52,598 bases of DNA from Micavibrio aeruginosavorus (GTDB lineage: Bacteria > Pseudomonadota > Alphaproteobacteria > Micavibrionales > Micavibrionaceae), in NCBI GenBank assembly GCA_016184045.1, contig JACPDM010000034.1, forward strand, positions 2,683-55,280, given 5' to 3'. The notes beneath the pieces are model-generated. The model was not told the DNA's origin, did no database searches, and was given only the letters and a program-made list of their open reading frames with translations. A program made the translations under genes and the position numbers. Below are positions 19,999 to 28,510 of the stretch, in pieces. Each line of letters opens with the position of its first letter. Positions within the stretch are counted from its first letter, which is position 1.

Positions 19999-20547
19999 AT
20001 GTCTATCGAGACCCTGCAAAACCGTCTTCCCGACTATGCCAAGGATCTGCGCCTCAATCTCTCGACCCTTGCGGCGGAGGAAATCCTGTCCGCCCAGCAG
20101 AAATGGGGCACGTTCCTTGCCACCGCCATGGCGACCGGCAATGCCGAGGTGATCGCGGCGATGGAAACGCTGGCGGCCCAGAATATGTCCGCAGAAGCGA
20201 TGACCGCCGCCCGCGCCGCCGCGTCGATCATGGCGATGAACAACATCTATTATAAATTCGCCGGAACGATGGGCGGCGATTACCAGACCATGCCCGCGAA
20301 ATTGCGCATGACCGTGATCGGCAATCCCGGCGTTGAAAAAGTCGATTTCGAGCTGTGGGCGCTCGCCGTGTCCGCTATGAACGGCTGCCAGTATTGCGTC
20401 ACGGCGCATGAAGCCGTCTTGACCAAGGCGGGAATAAGCCGCGAGCAAATCCAGGCCGCCGCCCGCATCGCCGCGGTCGTCGGCGCGATTGCCGCCACGC
20501 TCGGCGCCGAAGCCGCGCGCGGCGCTCAAATCGCAGCAGCCGCATAA
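19999..20547 (+). CDS. ahpD: Alkylhydroperoxidase AhpD
   Basis: PDYAKDLRLN, MAMNNIYY and FELWALAVSAMNGCQYC..AH motifs; AAGGAG RBS. Confidence 0.93.
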   Translation: MSIETLQNRLPDYAKDLRLNLSTLAAEEILSAQQKWGTFLATAMATGNAEVIAAMETLAAQNMSAEAMTAARAAASIMAMNNIYYKFAGTMGGDYQTMPAKLRMTVIGNPGVEKVDFELWALAVSAMNGCQYCVTAHEAVLTKAGISREQIQAAARIAAVVGAIAATLGAEAARGAQIAAAA

Positions 20548-20571
20548 GCTTCTGCCCGGCCTGACAATCTC

Positions 20572-20608
20572 AAAACCCCGGAGCCCGCATGGGTCCTCCG
20601 GGGTTTTT
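20572..20608 (+). terminator. Intrinsic terminator after ahpD
   Basis: AAAACCCCGGAG...CTCCGGGGTTTTT. Confidence 0.8.
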
Positions 20609-20676
20609 GCTCTTGAAGGGGGCGCTTGCGTATTGCTAGGCTCCTTTTTGTATTTTCACAAAAGGCATAGATCAAA

Positions 20677-21504
20677 ATGAGCAAAACCATCGCCAATGTC
20701 ATTCACGGCCTGATCGGCCTTGCGACGCTGCCCCTTAATGAACGGCAAAAGGACAAAACCATCGCCCGCGTGGCCGAAGACGTCACGCGCCGCAGCCGCC
20801 GCATCGTTGAAACCGCGCGCGGGCCGCTGTCGTTTTACGCCATGCGCGGCCACGGCACGATCAGCGCCGTGCGCAATTTTCACAACGAAGAACCAGAAAC
20901 GCTGGAATGGATCGATACCTATATCAAACCCGGCGACGTCTTTTGGGATATCGGGGCGAATATCGGTCTCTATACGCTTTATGCGGCACTGAACCCGCAG
21001 GTTACGGTCTATGCGTTCGAGCCGAGCGCGCTGAATTTTTCGCTGCTGGTCGAGCATATCCATCTCAACAATCTCGACCGCAATATCAATCCGCTTTGCG
21101 TGGCGCTGGGCAACGAAACGAAAATCGGCCACCTGATGATGAACGATTTTTCAACCGGCCATGCCGGGAATGCGCTGGACAAGGCAGAGACGCAGTTCCT
21201 TGAATTCAAACCTGTATTCCGGCAATCCATCCCCGCCTTCACCGCCGATGATTTCCGCCGCCTTATGAACGTGCCCGCGCCGGACCATATCAAGCTGGAC
21301 GTGGACGGCATCGAGGACCTGATTCTGGCCGGGGCTCCGGAAACCCTGCGCCACGTCAAATCCCTGATCATCGAGATCGAAGGCCGCAATGTCGATAACG
21401 TGCGCGATGGGATCGAAAAGCCGCTTTTTGCCGCCGGGCTGAAGGAAGACGAACGCTTCCGCGCCAAGGGATCAAAACGCAATCGGCTGTTTGTCAGGGC
21501 GTAG
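20677..21504 (+). CDS. FkbM family methyltransferase
   Basis: EPETLEWI, WDIGANIG.Y, YAFEP and IKLDVDG.E motifs. Confidence 0.9.
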   Translation: MSKTIANVIHGLIGLATLPLNERQKDKTIARVAEDVTRRSRRIVETARGPLSFYAMRGHGTISAVRNFHNEEPETLEWIDTYIKPGDVFWDIGANIGLYTLYAALNPQVTVYAFEPSALNFSLLVEHIHLNNLDRNINPLCVALGNETKIGHLMMNDFSTGHAGNALDKAETQFLEFKPVFRQSIPAFTADDFRRLMNVPAPDHIKLDVDGIEDLILAGAPETLRHVKSLIIEIEGRNVDNVRDGIEKPLFAAGLKEDERFRAKGSKRNRLFVRA

Positions 21505-21533
21505 CGCATTGTTTTTAAAGGGTGATTCGTGCA

Positions 21534-21665
21534 TTCAGTTCGTTCGTCGCTTTTTCCAAGGCGTTTTATGATTTTTCGGAAAACAAAACGGGAGTGTGCA
21601 AACGCACCTCTCCCGTTGATGGGATCATCCTACCACAGGTTAGTGCTGCGGTTCGAGAAAAATCC
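21534..21665. repeat. Non-coding direct repeat, copy 1 (~130 bp, contains a hairpin)
   Basis: Aligns with 22752-22878; exact 21-mer ACGCACCTCTCCCGTTGATGG at 21602-21622. Confidence 0.9.
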
Positions 21666-21739
21666 CGGCAGCCTTCCGGTTCGAATTGTTTCTTTCTTGC
21701 GGCGGAGATACGAGGAGCGTGACGTAACGCAGAGAAACT

Positions 21740-22729
21740 TTACGGGATGATCGAAAATTCGGCGAGGAGGGGGTAATGGTCGGAGCCCATCGGAGGGAGG
21801 CGTCTTATCCGGGTCAGGCGGAATCCATCGCTGAAAAGGATGTGATCGATTGGAATCTGGAGAAGTGAAAATTTGTTAAATGAAGGCCATGTAGGAATTG
21901 GCCCCAAGGCATCATAAGAAAGATTTAATCCGGTCTTTCTGAGCAATCGGCGCAGAAAGGGAGAGTATGGCGTTGTATTGAAATCACCTGAGTACAAGAT
22001 GTGACTGCTGTCTTCTTGCATGATATTTTTTGAGATGATTTCTAATTCAAGATTCCTTTCGGTCCAGTTTTCATTCCCCATTGGCATATGCGGGTGCATG
22101 GCAAATAAAATGATGGGTTCATCAATATCCGGCACAATAACAGAAGCACGAACATAGTTATTGTCATAGTTTAAATCATCAAAACCATGAACGGTAACTT
22201 CCTCCATAGGAAACCGGCTGAGGATGATGATCCCCAAGGGGAAGAGAAGCCATTCGGGGTTTCTGTTTAAATTTACAGACTGATAGGGATATATCTCACG
22301 CAGGCCGCCTGTCATTTCGGCCACGGTCGGGTTTGATTCTTGCAATACAACGATATCGGGCTTGTGATTAACAAGATAAGCCTTCAGATCATCATGGGTT
22401 GTCTGGGTTGCATGACGATTATATTGCAGGACCGTTATTGTTGAGCCAGAGGTGTCCGGGTTTCTGAACTGCTGGACAGAAAATATTTCACTGAAACAAA
22501 ACAGGGCGATAACAACAAGCAAGGCTGTTGTTTTCCATTCGCGGAGGGAAATTACAAATGGAAGCAATACCAAAGTGCTTATAAGGTACTGAAACGTAAA
22601 ATGACTAAAAAGATCCAGTGCCCAGTGATAGGATGCGAACGCGGACGCCCCATAAGCCGCAGCCAATAAGAAGGCCAATATTGCGGGTACGCGCCGGATA
22701 TCTTTTTTGATGTTTTCTGAAACGCGCAT
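21740..22729 (-). CDS. Endonuclease/exonuclease/phosphatase (EEP, YafD-like) membrane-anchored protein
   Basis: Three N-terminal TMs; LQYN, DIVVLQE, GDFN.TP, IDHI and GSDHYP motifs; visibly AT-richer than its flanks. Confidence 0.9.
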   Translation of the reverse strand: MRVSENIKKDIRRVPAILAFLLAAAYGASAFASYHWALDLFSHFTFQYLISTLVLLPFVISLREWKTTALLVVIALFCFSEIFSVQQFRNPDTSGSTITVLQYNRHATQTTHDDLKAYLVNHKPDIVVLQESNPTVAEMTGGLREIYPYQSVNLNRNPEWLLFPLGIIILSRFPMEEVTVHGFDDLNYDNNYVRASVIVPDIDEPIILFAMHPHMPMGNENWTERNLELEIISKNIMQEDSSHILYSGDFNTTPYSPFLRRLLRKTGLNLSYDALGPIPTWPSFNKFSLLQIPIDHILFSDGFRLTRIRRLPPMGSDHYPLLAEFSIIP

Positions 22730-22751
22730 TTATCGGATTTCTTGTATTTCC

Positions 22752-22878
22752 TTCAGTTCGTTTGTCGTTTTTTCAAGGCGTTTTTCAAATCTTCCGGAAA
22801 ACCGGGGCGTGCGCACGCACCTCTCCCGTTGATGGAATCAGCGTAACACGGGGCAGGGCGAATTTTCGAGGAAAATCC
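22752..22878. repeat. Non-coding direct repeat, copy 2
   Basis: Aligns with 21534-21665; same 21-mer at 22815-22835. Confidence 0.9.
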
Positions 22879-22910
22879 GCTGCTTGCTAGAACGCAAGAG
22901 AGGTGAATGT

Positions 22911-23531
22911 CTATGCGCTCAGCGCGTGAATCGCCATAACCGGATATTCGGCGGCGAAGGCTTCGTCGAGGCCGGCTTCCTGGCGCATCAGGCGCATGAA
23001 GATGGGGCCGAGGATCATATCGACGGCCATTTCGGTGTTGAGGGCTTCGCTGAATTCGCCGGATTTCTGGCCGTTGAGAATGGTCTGGCCGAAAGCGTTG
23101 CGGCGGCTTTGCATGTAAAACTGGTTGAATTGCTCCAGCACCTTGGCATCGGATTGCGCCTCGGCCAGAAGGTCGGCGATGATCTTTCCGTTGCGCCCGC
23201 GCAACTGGCGCATCAGGCGGTCGAGCTGGCGGGCCAGATTTTCCGACGGGGTTTCGTTCCCGGCAGTCAGCATGTGCATGTCGAGCTGTTCGGCGAAGGC
23301 TTCGATCACCACCGCGACCTTGTTCGGCCACCAGCGATAAATCGTGGTCTTGCCCACGCCGGCCTTTTTGGCGATCGCTTCGATCGAGAGGTCGCGCACG
23401 GACGTATGGGTCATCAGGCGGCGCGTCGCATCCAGAATCGCCAGGCGCGAGGCTTCGCTGCGCGGGCGTCCGGCGCTGCGGGCGGAGGATTCGGTATCGG
23501 AAACGGGAAGCGACGCGGTTTGATTTTGCAT
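22911..23531 (-). CDS. TetR/AcrR family regulator
   Basis: GRPRS...R.AILDA and SIEAIAKKAGVGKTTIYRWWPNK motifs; start may be 23549. Confidence 0.93.
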   Translation of the reverse strand: MQNQTASLPVSDTESSARSAGRPRSEASRLAILDATRRLMTHTSVRDLSIEAIAKKAGVGKTTIYRWWPNKVAVVIEAFAEQLDMHMLTAGNETPSENLARQLDRLMRQLRGRNGKIIADLLAEAQSDAKVLEQFNQFYMQSRRNAFGQTILNGQKSGEFSEALNTEMAVDMILGPIFMRLMRQEAGLDEAFAAEYPVMAIHALSA

Positions 23532-23663
23532 GGATTGCCTTGGCCCCATAAAAGAGAATTTTAAAGACGAAGCTCTATAGCGGAGGCAAAACGGAACGGC
23601 AAGTATTAAATAAACTGCCCGTGAAAATAAAGATTTTTCAGCAAGATAGACGGGGTTTTCAGG

Positions 23664-25166
23664 TTATTGCCGGGCCGTGGGTTGCCGGGTGTGGCGCAGG
23701 GCCTGCCAGACGCGGAACATGTCGTTTTTGTAAAAATCGATATCTTCCGAGGGGTGCGGCATGGCCTGATATACGGCATCGCCGCTGATGTAACGGACGC
23801 CGGCCTTGGCCAGGATTGCCGCCGTCATCGGGTCGTTGACGCCAAGGGCGAAGGTCTGGCGGATCAGGTGCTTTTTGGCTTTGGCGATAAACTGCCGGGC
23901 TTCGCCGGGGATGCGGATCTCGGAATCCTGCGCGCCGTTTCTGGACGGCGGCTCAAGCAGGAAGCCGATATTGTCGAACCCTGCCCGCCGCAGCGTGTCG
24001 AAATCTGCGTTGGCGCTCAAGGGCAGTTGCGCGCAGAGAACGCGCCCGTAATTTTTCAGCGGCGCGGCGAACTGGCTGAGACTGGCCCACGGGGCGTAGG
24101 GAGGGACGTCAAGGACCATGAACAAAATCCGCTCTTTCATCGAGTCGGTGATTTTCTGGTACATGGTCCTGTATTTCACCTTGGTTTCGACATTGAACAG
24201 GCTGTCGTAATGCACGGGGCAGATGATGCCGAATTTTCCTGTATCGTCCGGGTGGCTGTGCAGCCAACCGATCACGCTGGCGAGAATGGCAAGGTCGAAA
24301 AGTCCCCTGCGCGCCGCGCCCTGCCCGTTGTAGAGGGCCTTGTGGCTGAGGATGCTGCTGCCTGATCCGTCCCGGTTTGCGGCAAGGCAGAGATGCGCGG
24401 TCAGCCGCCCCTTGTAATGATCCCATACGGGCAGGTAGCACACGGCGCTGAACGCTGCGGCGCTCAAGTCGATGCCGAGGTCGAGCGCCGCGCGCGGCTG
24501 GCGGATTCCGGGGGCGGGTTCGGGGTCGATCAGGGTCTTGCGCGCCGAGGCGATCTGATCCTGCAAGGTCTGCGGCGGCTGCGCCTGCGGGACGGGCGCA
24601 TAGAGCTGCGGCGCATTGTCAGGACGATTGTCCAGAACGGTCAGGCCGTCTTCGCCGCCCGCCCGGACGGGAACGATGGCGCCCGTGATTTCCAGCCCCG
24701 CAAGCTCGTCTTCGAGGGCGATGTTTTTGCGGATCTCCGCTGCGATCAGCGCGACGCGGAGGTCGTTCACGGCAGGGTCCTGCTCGGCAAAGAGGATGAT
24801 GTAGCTTTCATTGCGATAGCGCAGGTAGAAATCACCGGGATTGATATAGCGGCAAATCGCGTCTTCGCAGATTTTGTAAATGACGGGCTTGAATCCGTCC
24901 CATCGCTTTCCCAGGCGTTGCCGCACCTTTTCCAGACCAATCAGCTGGAGCTTGCCGGAGAGGATCAGGTCCTGCTTTTGCAAGAGTTTCTGCGTAAGGT
25001 TTTCGAGCGCGGCCTGTTTTTCCGGGGTCAGTTTTCTCCGCGCTCCGTTCTTGTCGCCATAGGAAGACCCGGCATGGCGCGGCCTTGCGTCAGATCCGCC
25101 TTGCCCGCGGATAAACTGGCGGACGTAATTTCCGATCTGCTTCAGCAATGAGGTTGCGGCCATCAT
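23664..25166 (-). CDS. Degenerate GGDEF-like/EAL-like domain protein
   Basis: GDFYLRY..ESYIILF GGDEF-like block; YLPVWD and FALGV...L..AGVRYISG EAL-like blocks; catalytic signatures absent. Confidence 0.65.
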   Translation of the reverse strand: MMAATSLLKQIGNYVRQFIRGQGGSDARPRHAGSSYGDKNGARRKLTPEKQAALENLTQKLLQKQDLILSGKLQLIGLEKVRQRLGKRWDGFKPVIYKICEDAICRYINPGDFYLRYRNESYIILFAEQDPAVNDLRVALIAAEIRKNIALEDELAGLEITGAIVPVRAGGEDGLTVLDNRPDNAPQLYAPVPQAQPPQTLQDQIASARKTLIDPEPAPGIRQPRAALDLGIDLSAAAFSAVCYLPVWDHYKGRLTAHLCLAANRDGSGSSILSHKALYNGQGAARRGLFDLAILASVIGWLHSHPDDTGKFGIICPVHYDSLFNVETKVKYRTMYQKITDSMKERILFMVLDVPPYAPWASLSQFAAPLKNYGRVLCAQLPLSANADFDTLRRAGFDNIGFLLEPPSRNGAQDSEIRIPGEARQFIAKAKKHLIRQTFALGVNDPMTAAILAKAGVRYISGDAVYQAMPHPSEDIDFYKNDMFRVWQALRHTRQPTARQ

Positions 25167-25264
25167 TGCTCCATTTCATCGGCTTTGCAGGGCTTAAGTC
25201 AATGAAAAGCCCGCATGGCATACGCATGCAGGCAGTTCATGATTTGCAAATTTTTTATATCTGT

Positions 25265-26659
25265 TTATTGCGTCGCAGACTGGAATGTTCGCGGAGCGGG
25301 GTCGACGACGCTGATTTGTCCGCCGCGCATCTCCAGAATCGCAAGGCCGCGTTCGGCAAGGCCGTCGGCGCGGAAGCGGAATATGCCGTCGATGCCGGCA
25401 AACCCGTTCGGGTTGGTGATCGCGGCGCGATCGAAGGCCGGCACGCCGCGGCTGCTTAATCCCGTCTTGGCAAGAACGGCGGCGAGCGCCGTGGCGTCAT
25501 AACCGAGGCTGGCAAGACGCGGCGGCGTCATGCCATAGGAATCGCGATATTTGCTCTCGAAAACGGCGCGGGCTTTCGGGTCCGGGGCGGCGAACCAGCC
25601 GCCGTTCAGGTTGGTTTCGCGCCTTAGCGCATCATCGTCCCACAGGCCCGTGCCAAGGCGACGCACCTGCGCGGGGTCGAGTTCGTAATAACTCATCAGG
25701 TTGGAAATGGTCTGCGCGTCGCTGCCGCCGACGGGCAGGAAGACGGCGTCGAAAGGCGGTGGCGCGAAAGTGCCGTTGGCAAGCTTGCGCGCGCCGATCC
25801 GCGAGAAATTCTGCATCGGCACGGAAAGGCCGGTATCGCCGGGATGAAAGCGCAGGGCGTCAACCGTGGCGATCCCGTTTTGCTGTGCGGCTGCGCTATA
25901 GGCGATCATCACCGCGTTGCCGTATTCCGTCTGTGGGGCGATGACGCCTATGCGCCGGATTCCTTTTGACGCGGCATAGCTGACGACCCGCTGCACCTGG
26001 CCGAAGGGCATAAATCCCATAACGAAGGTATTCTGTCCGGCCTGCTTCCAGTCGGTGGTAAAGGCGACGACGTTGATATTCGAAGCGGCGGCAATCGGTG
26101 TAACGGCGCGGACTTCCTCGGCAAAAAGCGGGCCGAGGATCATCTGTGCGCCTTCATGGATGGCCGATTGCGCTGCGGCAGCCGCGCCGGAAGCCGTGCC
26201 TTTCGTATCGCGCGGCATGAGTTCGAACGTGTCCGCGCCGACGTCAAAGAGTGCAAGTTGCGCCGCGTTGAGGATGGCTTCGCCGACATCGGCGCTGCTC
26301 CCGCTCAACGGCACGAGAATGGCGACCTTGACCGGGGGCAAGGCGGCAGGCGGCGGGGCTACGGGCGGGATTTGCATCTGCGTCCCGGCATGGCCGAAGG
26401 TCGCGTTATAGGCGCCGGTGCCTGCCGCGGGCGGCACAGGTTGCTGCATGTCAGGCAGGGCTTGCGCGGTCACGGCGGCAGGGGGTGTCTGCCCGGTGAT
26501 CCATTGTTCCTTCTGCGCGATGCTGTCCGGAGCGGTCTGCGCCTCCTGCACCTGACCGCCGCGGTTCCACGGATCGCCGCTTTGTTGCGTAGAGCCGGTG
26601 CCAAGGCACCCTTGCAGGGAAAGGACGGCGATAAAGGCAAAAAATAAATTTCTGATCAT
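25265..26659 (-). CDS. Penicillin-binding protein activator (LpoA/LppC-like) lipoprotein
   Basis: Lipobox LQGC; VAILVPLSG, ILGPLFA, LASLGYDA and GF.GIDGIFRF motifs; divergent from rsmI. Confidence 0.85.
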   Translation of the reverse strand: MIRNLFFAFIAVLSLQGCLGTGSTQQSGDPWNRGGQVQEAQTAPDSIAQKEQWITGQTPPAAVTAQALPDMQQPVPPAAGTGAYNATFGHAGTQMQIPPVAPPPAALPPVKVAILVPLSGSSADVGEAILNAAQLALFDVGADTFELMPRDTKGTASGAAAAAQSAIHEGAQMILGPLFAEEVRAVTPIAAASNINVVAFTTDWKQAGQNTFVMGFMPFGQVQRVVSYAASKGIRRIGVIAPQTEYGNAVMIAYSAAAQQNGIATVDALRFHPGDTGLSVPMQNFSRIGARKLANGTFAPPPFDAVFLPVGGSDAQTISNLMSYYELDPAQVRRLGTGLWDDDALRRETNLNGGWFAAPDPKARAVFESKYRDSYGMTPPRLASLGYDATALAAVLAKTGLSSRGVPAFDRAAITNPNGFAGIDGIFRFRADGLAERGLAILEMRGGQISVVDPAPRTFQSATQ

Positions 26660-26735
26660 GGCGCAAACCCGTTTGCTGGAAACAATAAAGGTGTGCCATT
26701 CTACAGGGGGTTCAACCTTTTATAAAGGGACAAGA

Positions 26736-27584
26736 ATGGCGGATTTGCGGCCTGTGCAGCTTGCCCCGGGGCTTTATCTGGTGGCGACGCCGATCGGCAA
26801 CCTGCGCGACATCTCGCTGCGGGCGCTCGAGGTTCTGGCCGGGGTCGACCTTGTCCTGTGCGAGGACACGCGCATGACCGGAAAGCTGCTTCAGGCGCAC
26901 AGCATCAAAAACAAAATGGATGTCTATAACGACCACACGGCGGACAGGGTGCGCGGCTATGTGCTGGAATCTCTGGCGCAGGGGCGGCGTATCGCCCTTG
27001 TCAGCGACGCGGGAACGCCGCTGATTTCCGATCCCGGCTACAAGCTGGTGCGCGACGCGCAGGACCTTGGCCTTGCCGTCACGGCGGTGCCTGGGGCGAA
27101 TGCTGTGCTGACGGCGTTGCAGCTTTCCGGCCTGCCGACGGACAAATTCTGTTTCCTCGGGTTTTTGCCGCCGAAGGAAAAGGCGCGCTGCGACGTGCTG
27201 CGCGAATGGGCGGAGGTTCCGGGGACTCTGGTGATCTATGAAACCGCGCCGCGCCTGATTGAATCGCTAGCCGATATGGCGAAGACGCTTGGCAACCGCC
27301 CGGCGGCGGTCATACGCGAACTCACCAAAATGTACGAGGAATCGCGCCGCGACACGCTGGAAAATCTTGCCGCGTATTATCAGGAGTCGGGAGAACCCAA
27401 GGGGGAGATCGTCATCGTCGTCGGACCGCCGGGGGAGAAAACCTATGACGATGCGACGCTTGAGGACTTGCTGCGGCGAGCCATGGTGAATATGAGCGTC
27501 AAGGACGCCGCCGCCCATGTCGCGGAAATGACCGGGCAGCCGAAGAAGAAAATCTACGACCTGGCGCTGGTACTCAAAAATTGA
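26736..27584 (+). CDS. rsmI: 16S rRNA C1402 2'-O-methyltransferase
   Basis: LYLVATPIGNLRDI, CEDTR, LVSDAGTPLISDPG and RELTK.YEE motifs. Confidence 0.96.
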   Translation: MADLRPVQLAPGLYLVATPIGNLRDISLRALEVLAGVDLVLCEDTRMTGKLLQAHSIKNKMDVYNDHTADRVRGYVLESLAQGRRIALVSDAGTPLISDPGYKLVRDAQDLGLAVTAVPGANAVLTALQLSGLPTDKFCFLGFLPPKEKARCDVLREWAEVPGTLVIYETAPRLIESLADMAKTLGNRPAAVIRELTKMYEESRRDTLENLAAYYQESGEPKGEIVIVVGPPGEKTYDDATLEDLLRRAMVNMSVKDAAAHVAEMTGQPKKKIYDLALVLKN

Positions 27585-27922
27585 CCAGCTATAAAACGGG
27601 TTTGCAGGCGGAGTTTCTGGCCGTCATATTCTTGCGCCTGAAAGGCTACCGCATTCTGGCGCAGCGCTGCAAAACCCCCCTTGGGGAAATCGACCTGATT
27701 GCCCGCCGGGGAAAGACCCTTGTCTTCGTCGAGGTCAAGACGCGCGGAACGATTGCGGCGGCGCTGGAATCCGTCAGCGCGCGGCAGGCCGGGCGAATCG
27801 TCCGGGCGGCGCAGTGCTGGCTCGCTTCCCGGAACGCGGCGGGAATGGATTTGCGTTTTGATGTCATTGCCATTGAATTTCCCTTTAAAATCAAACACAT
27901 TGAGTCAGCCTTCACGGCTTGA
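27581..27922 (+). CDS. yraN: YraN family putative endonuclease
   Basis: G..AE, GEIDLIA, LVFVEVK.R and RFDVI motifs. Confidence 0.92.
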   Translation: MTSYKTGLQAEFLAVIFLRLKGYRILAQRCKTPLGEIDLIARRGKTLVFVEVKTRGTIAAALESVSARQAGRIVRAAQCWLASRNAAGMDLRFDVIAIEFPFKIKHIESAFTA

Positions 27923-27927
27923 AAGAA

Positions 27928-27960
27928 TTTTCCAAGGAAACGGCGCAACGCGCCGTCCTA
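27928..27960 (+). promoter_or_regulatory. Putative ECF autoregulatory promoter (would give a leaderless mRNA)
   Basis: TTTTCCAAGGA-N15-CGTCCTA ends 7 nt before the sigma ATG; no SD; motif repeated at 28630. Confidence 0.6.
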
Positions 27961-27967
27961 TTGATAG

Positions 27968-28510
27968 ATGACCGAGGAACATGACGATGGCGAACTGGTA
28001 AGAATGGCTTGCGCGGGCGACACGCGGGCATTCGAGCATTTGCTGGAGCGCCATTACGACACGGTTTTTCGCATGAGTTTCAAATGGTGCCGCAACCGCA
28101 GCGATGCCGAGGATATTACCCAGTGCGTTTGCATCAAGCTGGCCCGCGCCATTCATGGTTATAACGGGCGGGCGGCGTTTACCAGCTGGCTTTACCGCAT
28201 CGTCATCAATACGGCAATCGACTGGAAGCGGCAGAACGCGCGCGGTGGTCACGACGATATTGACGATGTCGAAATCGCCAGCGCCCCGATCGCGGAAACC
28301 AATCTCATGGTACGCGAAGTTCTGGCGCAGATCGATCGCCTTCCGGTGAAGGAAAAAACGGCGCTGCTGCTGGTCGTAGGGGAGGAGATGAGCCATGCCG
28401 AGGCGGCATCGGTGATGGAGGTCAAGGAAAGCACGGTGTCGTGGTACGTGCATGAGGCCCGCAAGAAACTGGCCCTTCAGGAACGGAAAAAGGAGCGCCA
28501 TCATGGATGA
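27968..28510 (+). CDS. ECF RNA polymerase sigma-70 factor
   Basis: Region 2 DAEDITQ...F.SWLYRI..N..ID; region 4 HTH SHAEAA.VM...ESTV. Confidence 0.92.
   Translation: MTEEHDDGELVRMACAGDTRAFEHLLERHYDTVFRMSFKWCRNRSDAEDITQCVCIKLARAIHGYNGRAAFTSWLYRIVINTAIDWKRQNARGGHDDIDDVEIASAPIAETNLMVREVLAQIDRLPVKEKTALLLVVGEEMSHAEAASVMEVKESTVSWYVHEARKKLALQERKKERHHG

Noticed and set aside
21009-21509. Minus-strand ORF just downstream of repeat copy 1
   Set aside because: Lies antisense to the well-supported FkbM gene; Ser/Arg-rich shadow composition
21551-21562. TTTTCCAAGG resembling the ECF -35 motif
   Set aside because: No CGYCYTA at 15-nt spacing, and altered in copy 2
22730-22816. Possible 28-aa leader peptide (MRTPRFSGRFEKR...) in repeat copy 2, ending just before the EEP ATG
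   Set aside because: The frame is broken by indels and a stop in copy 1, so conservation appears to be at nucleotide level; it cannot be fully excluded
21534-22878. Repeats as CRISPR, attC or IS ends
   Set aside because: Only two long diverged direct copies; no spacers, cas genes, integrase, transposase or RYYYAAC/GTTRRRY core pair
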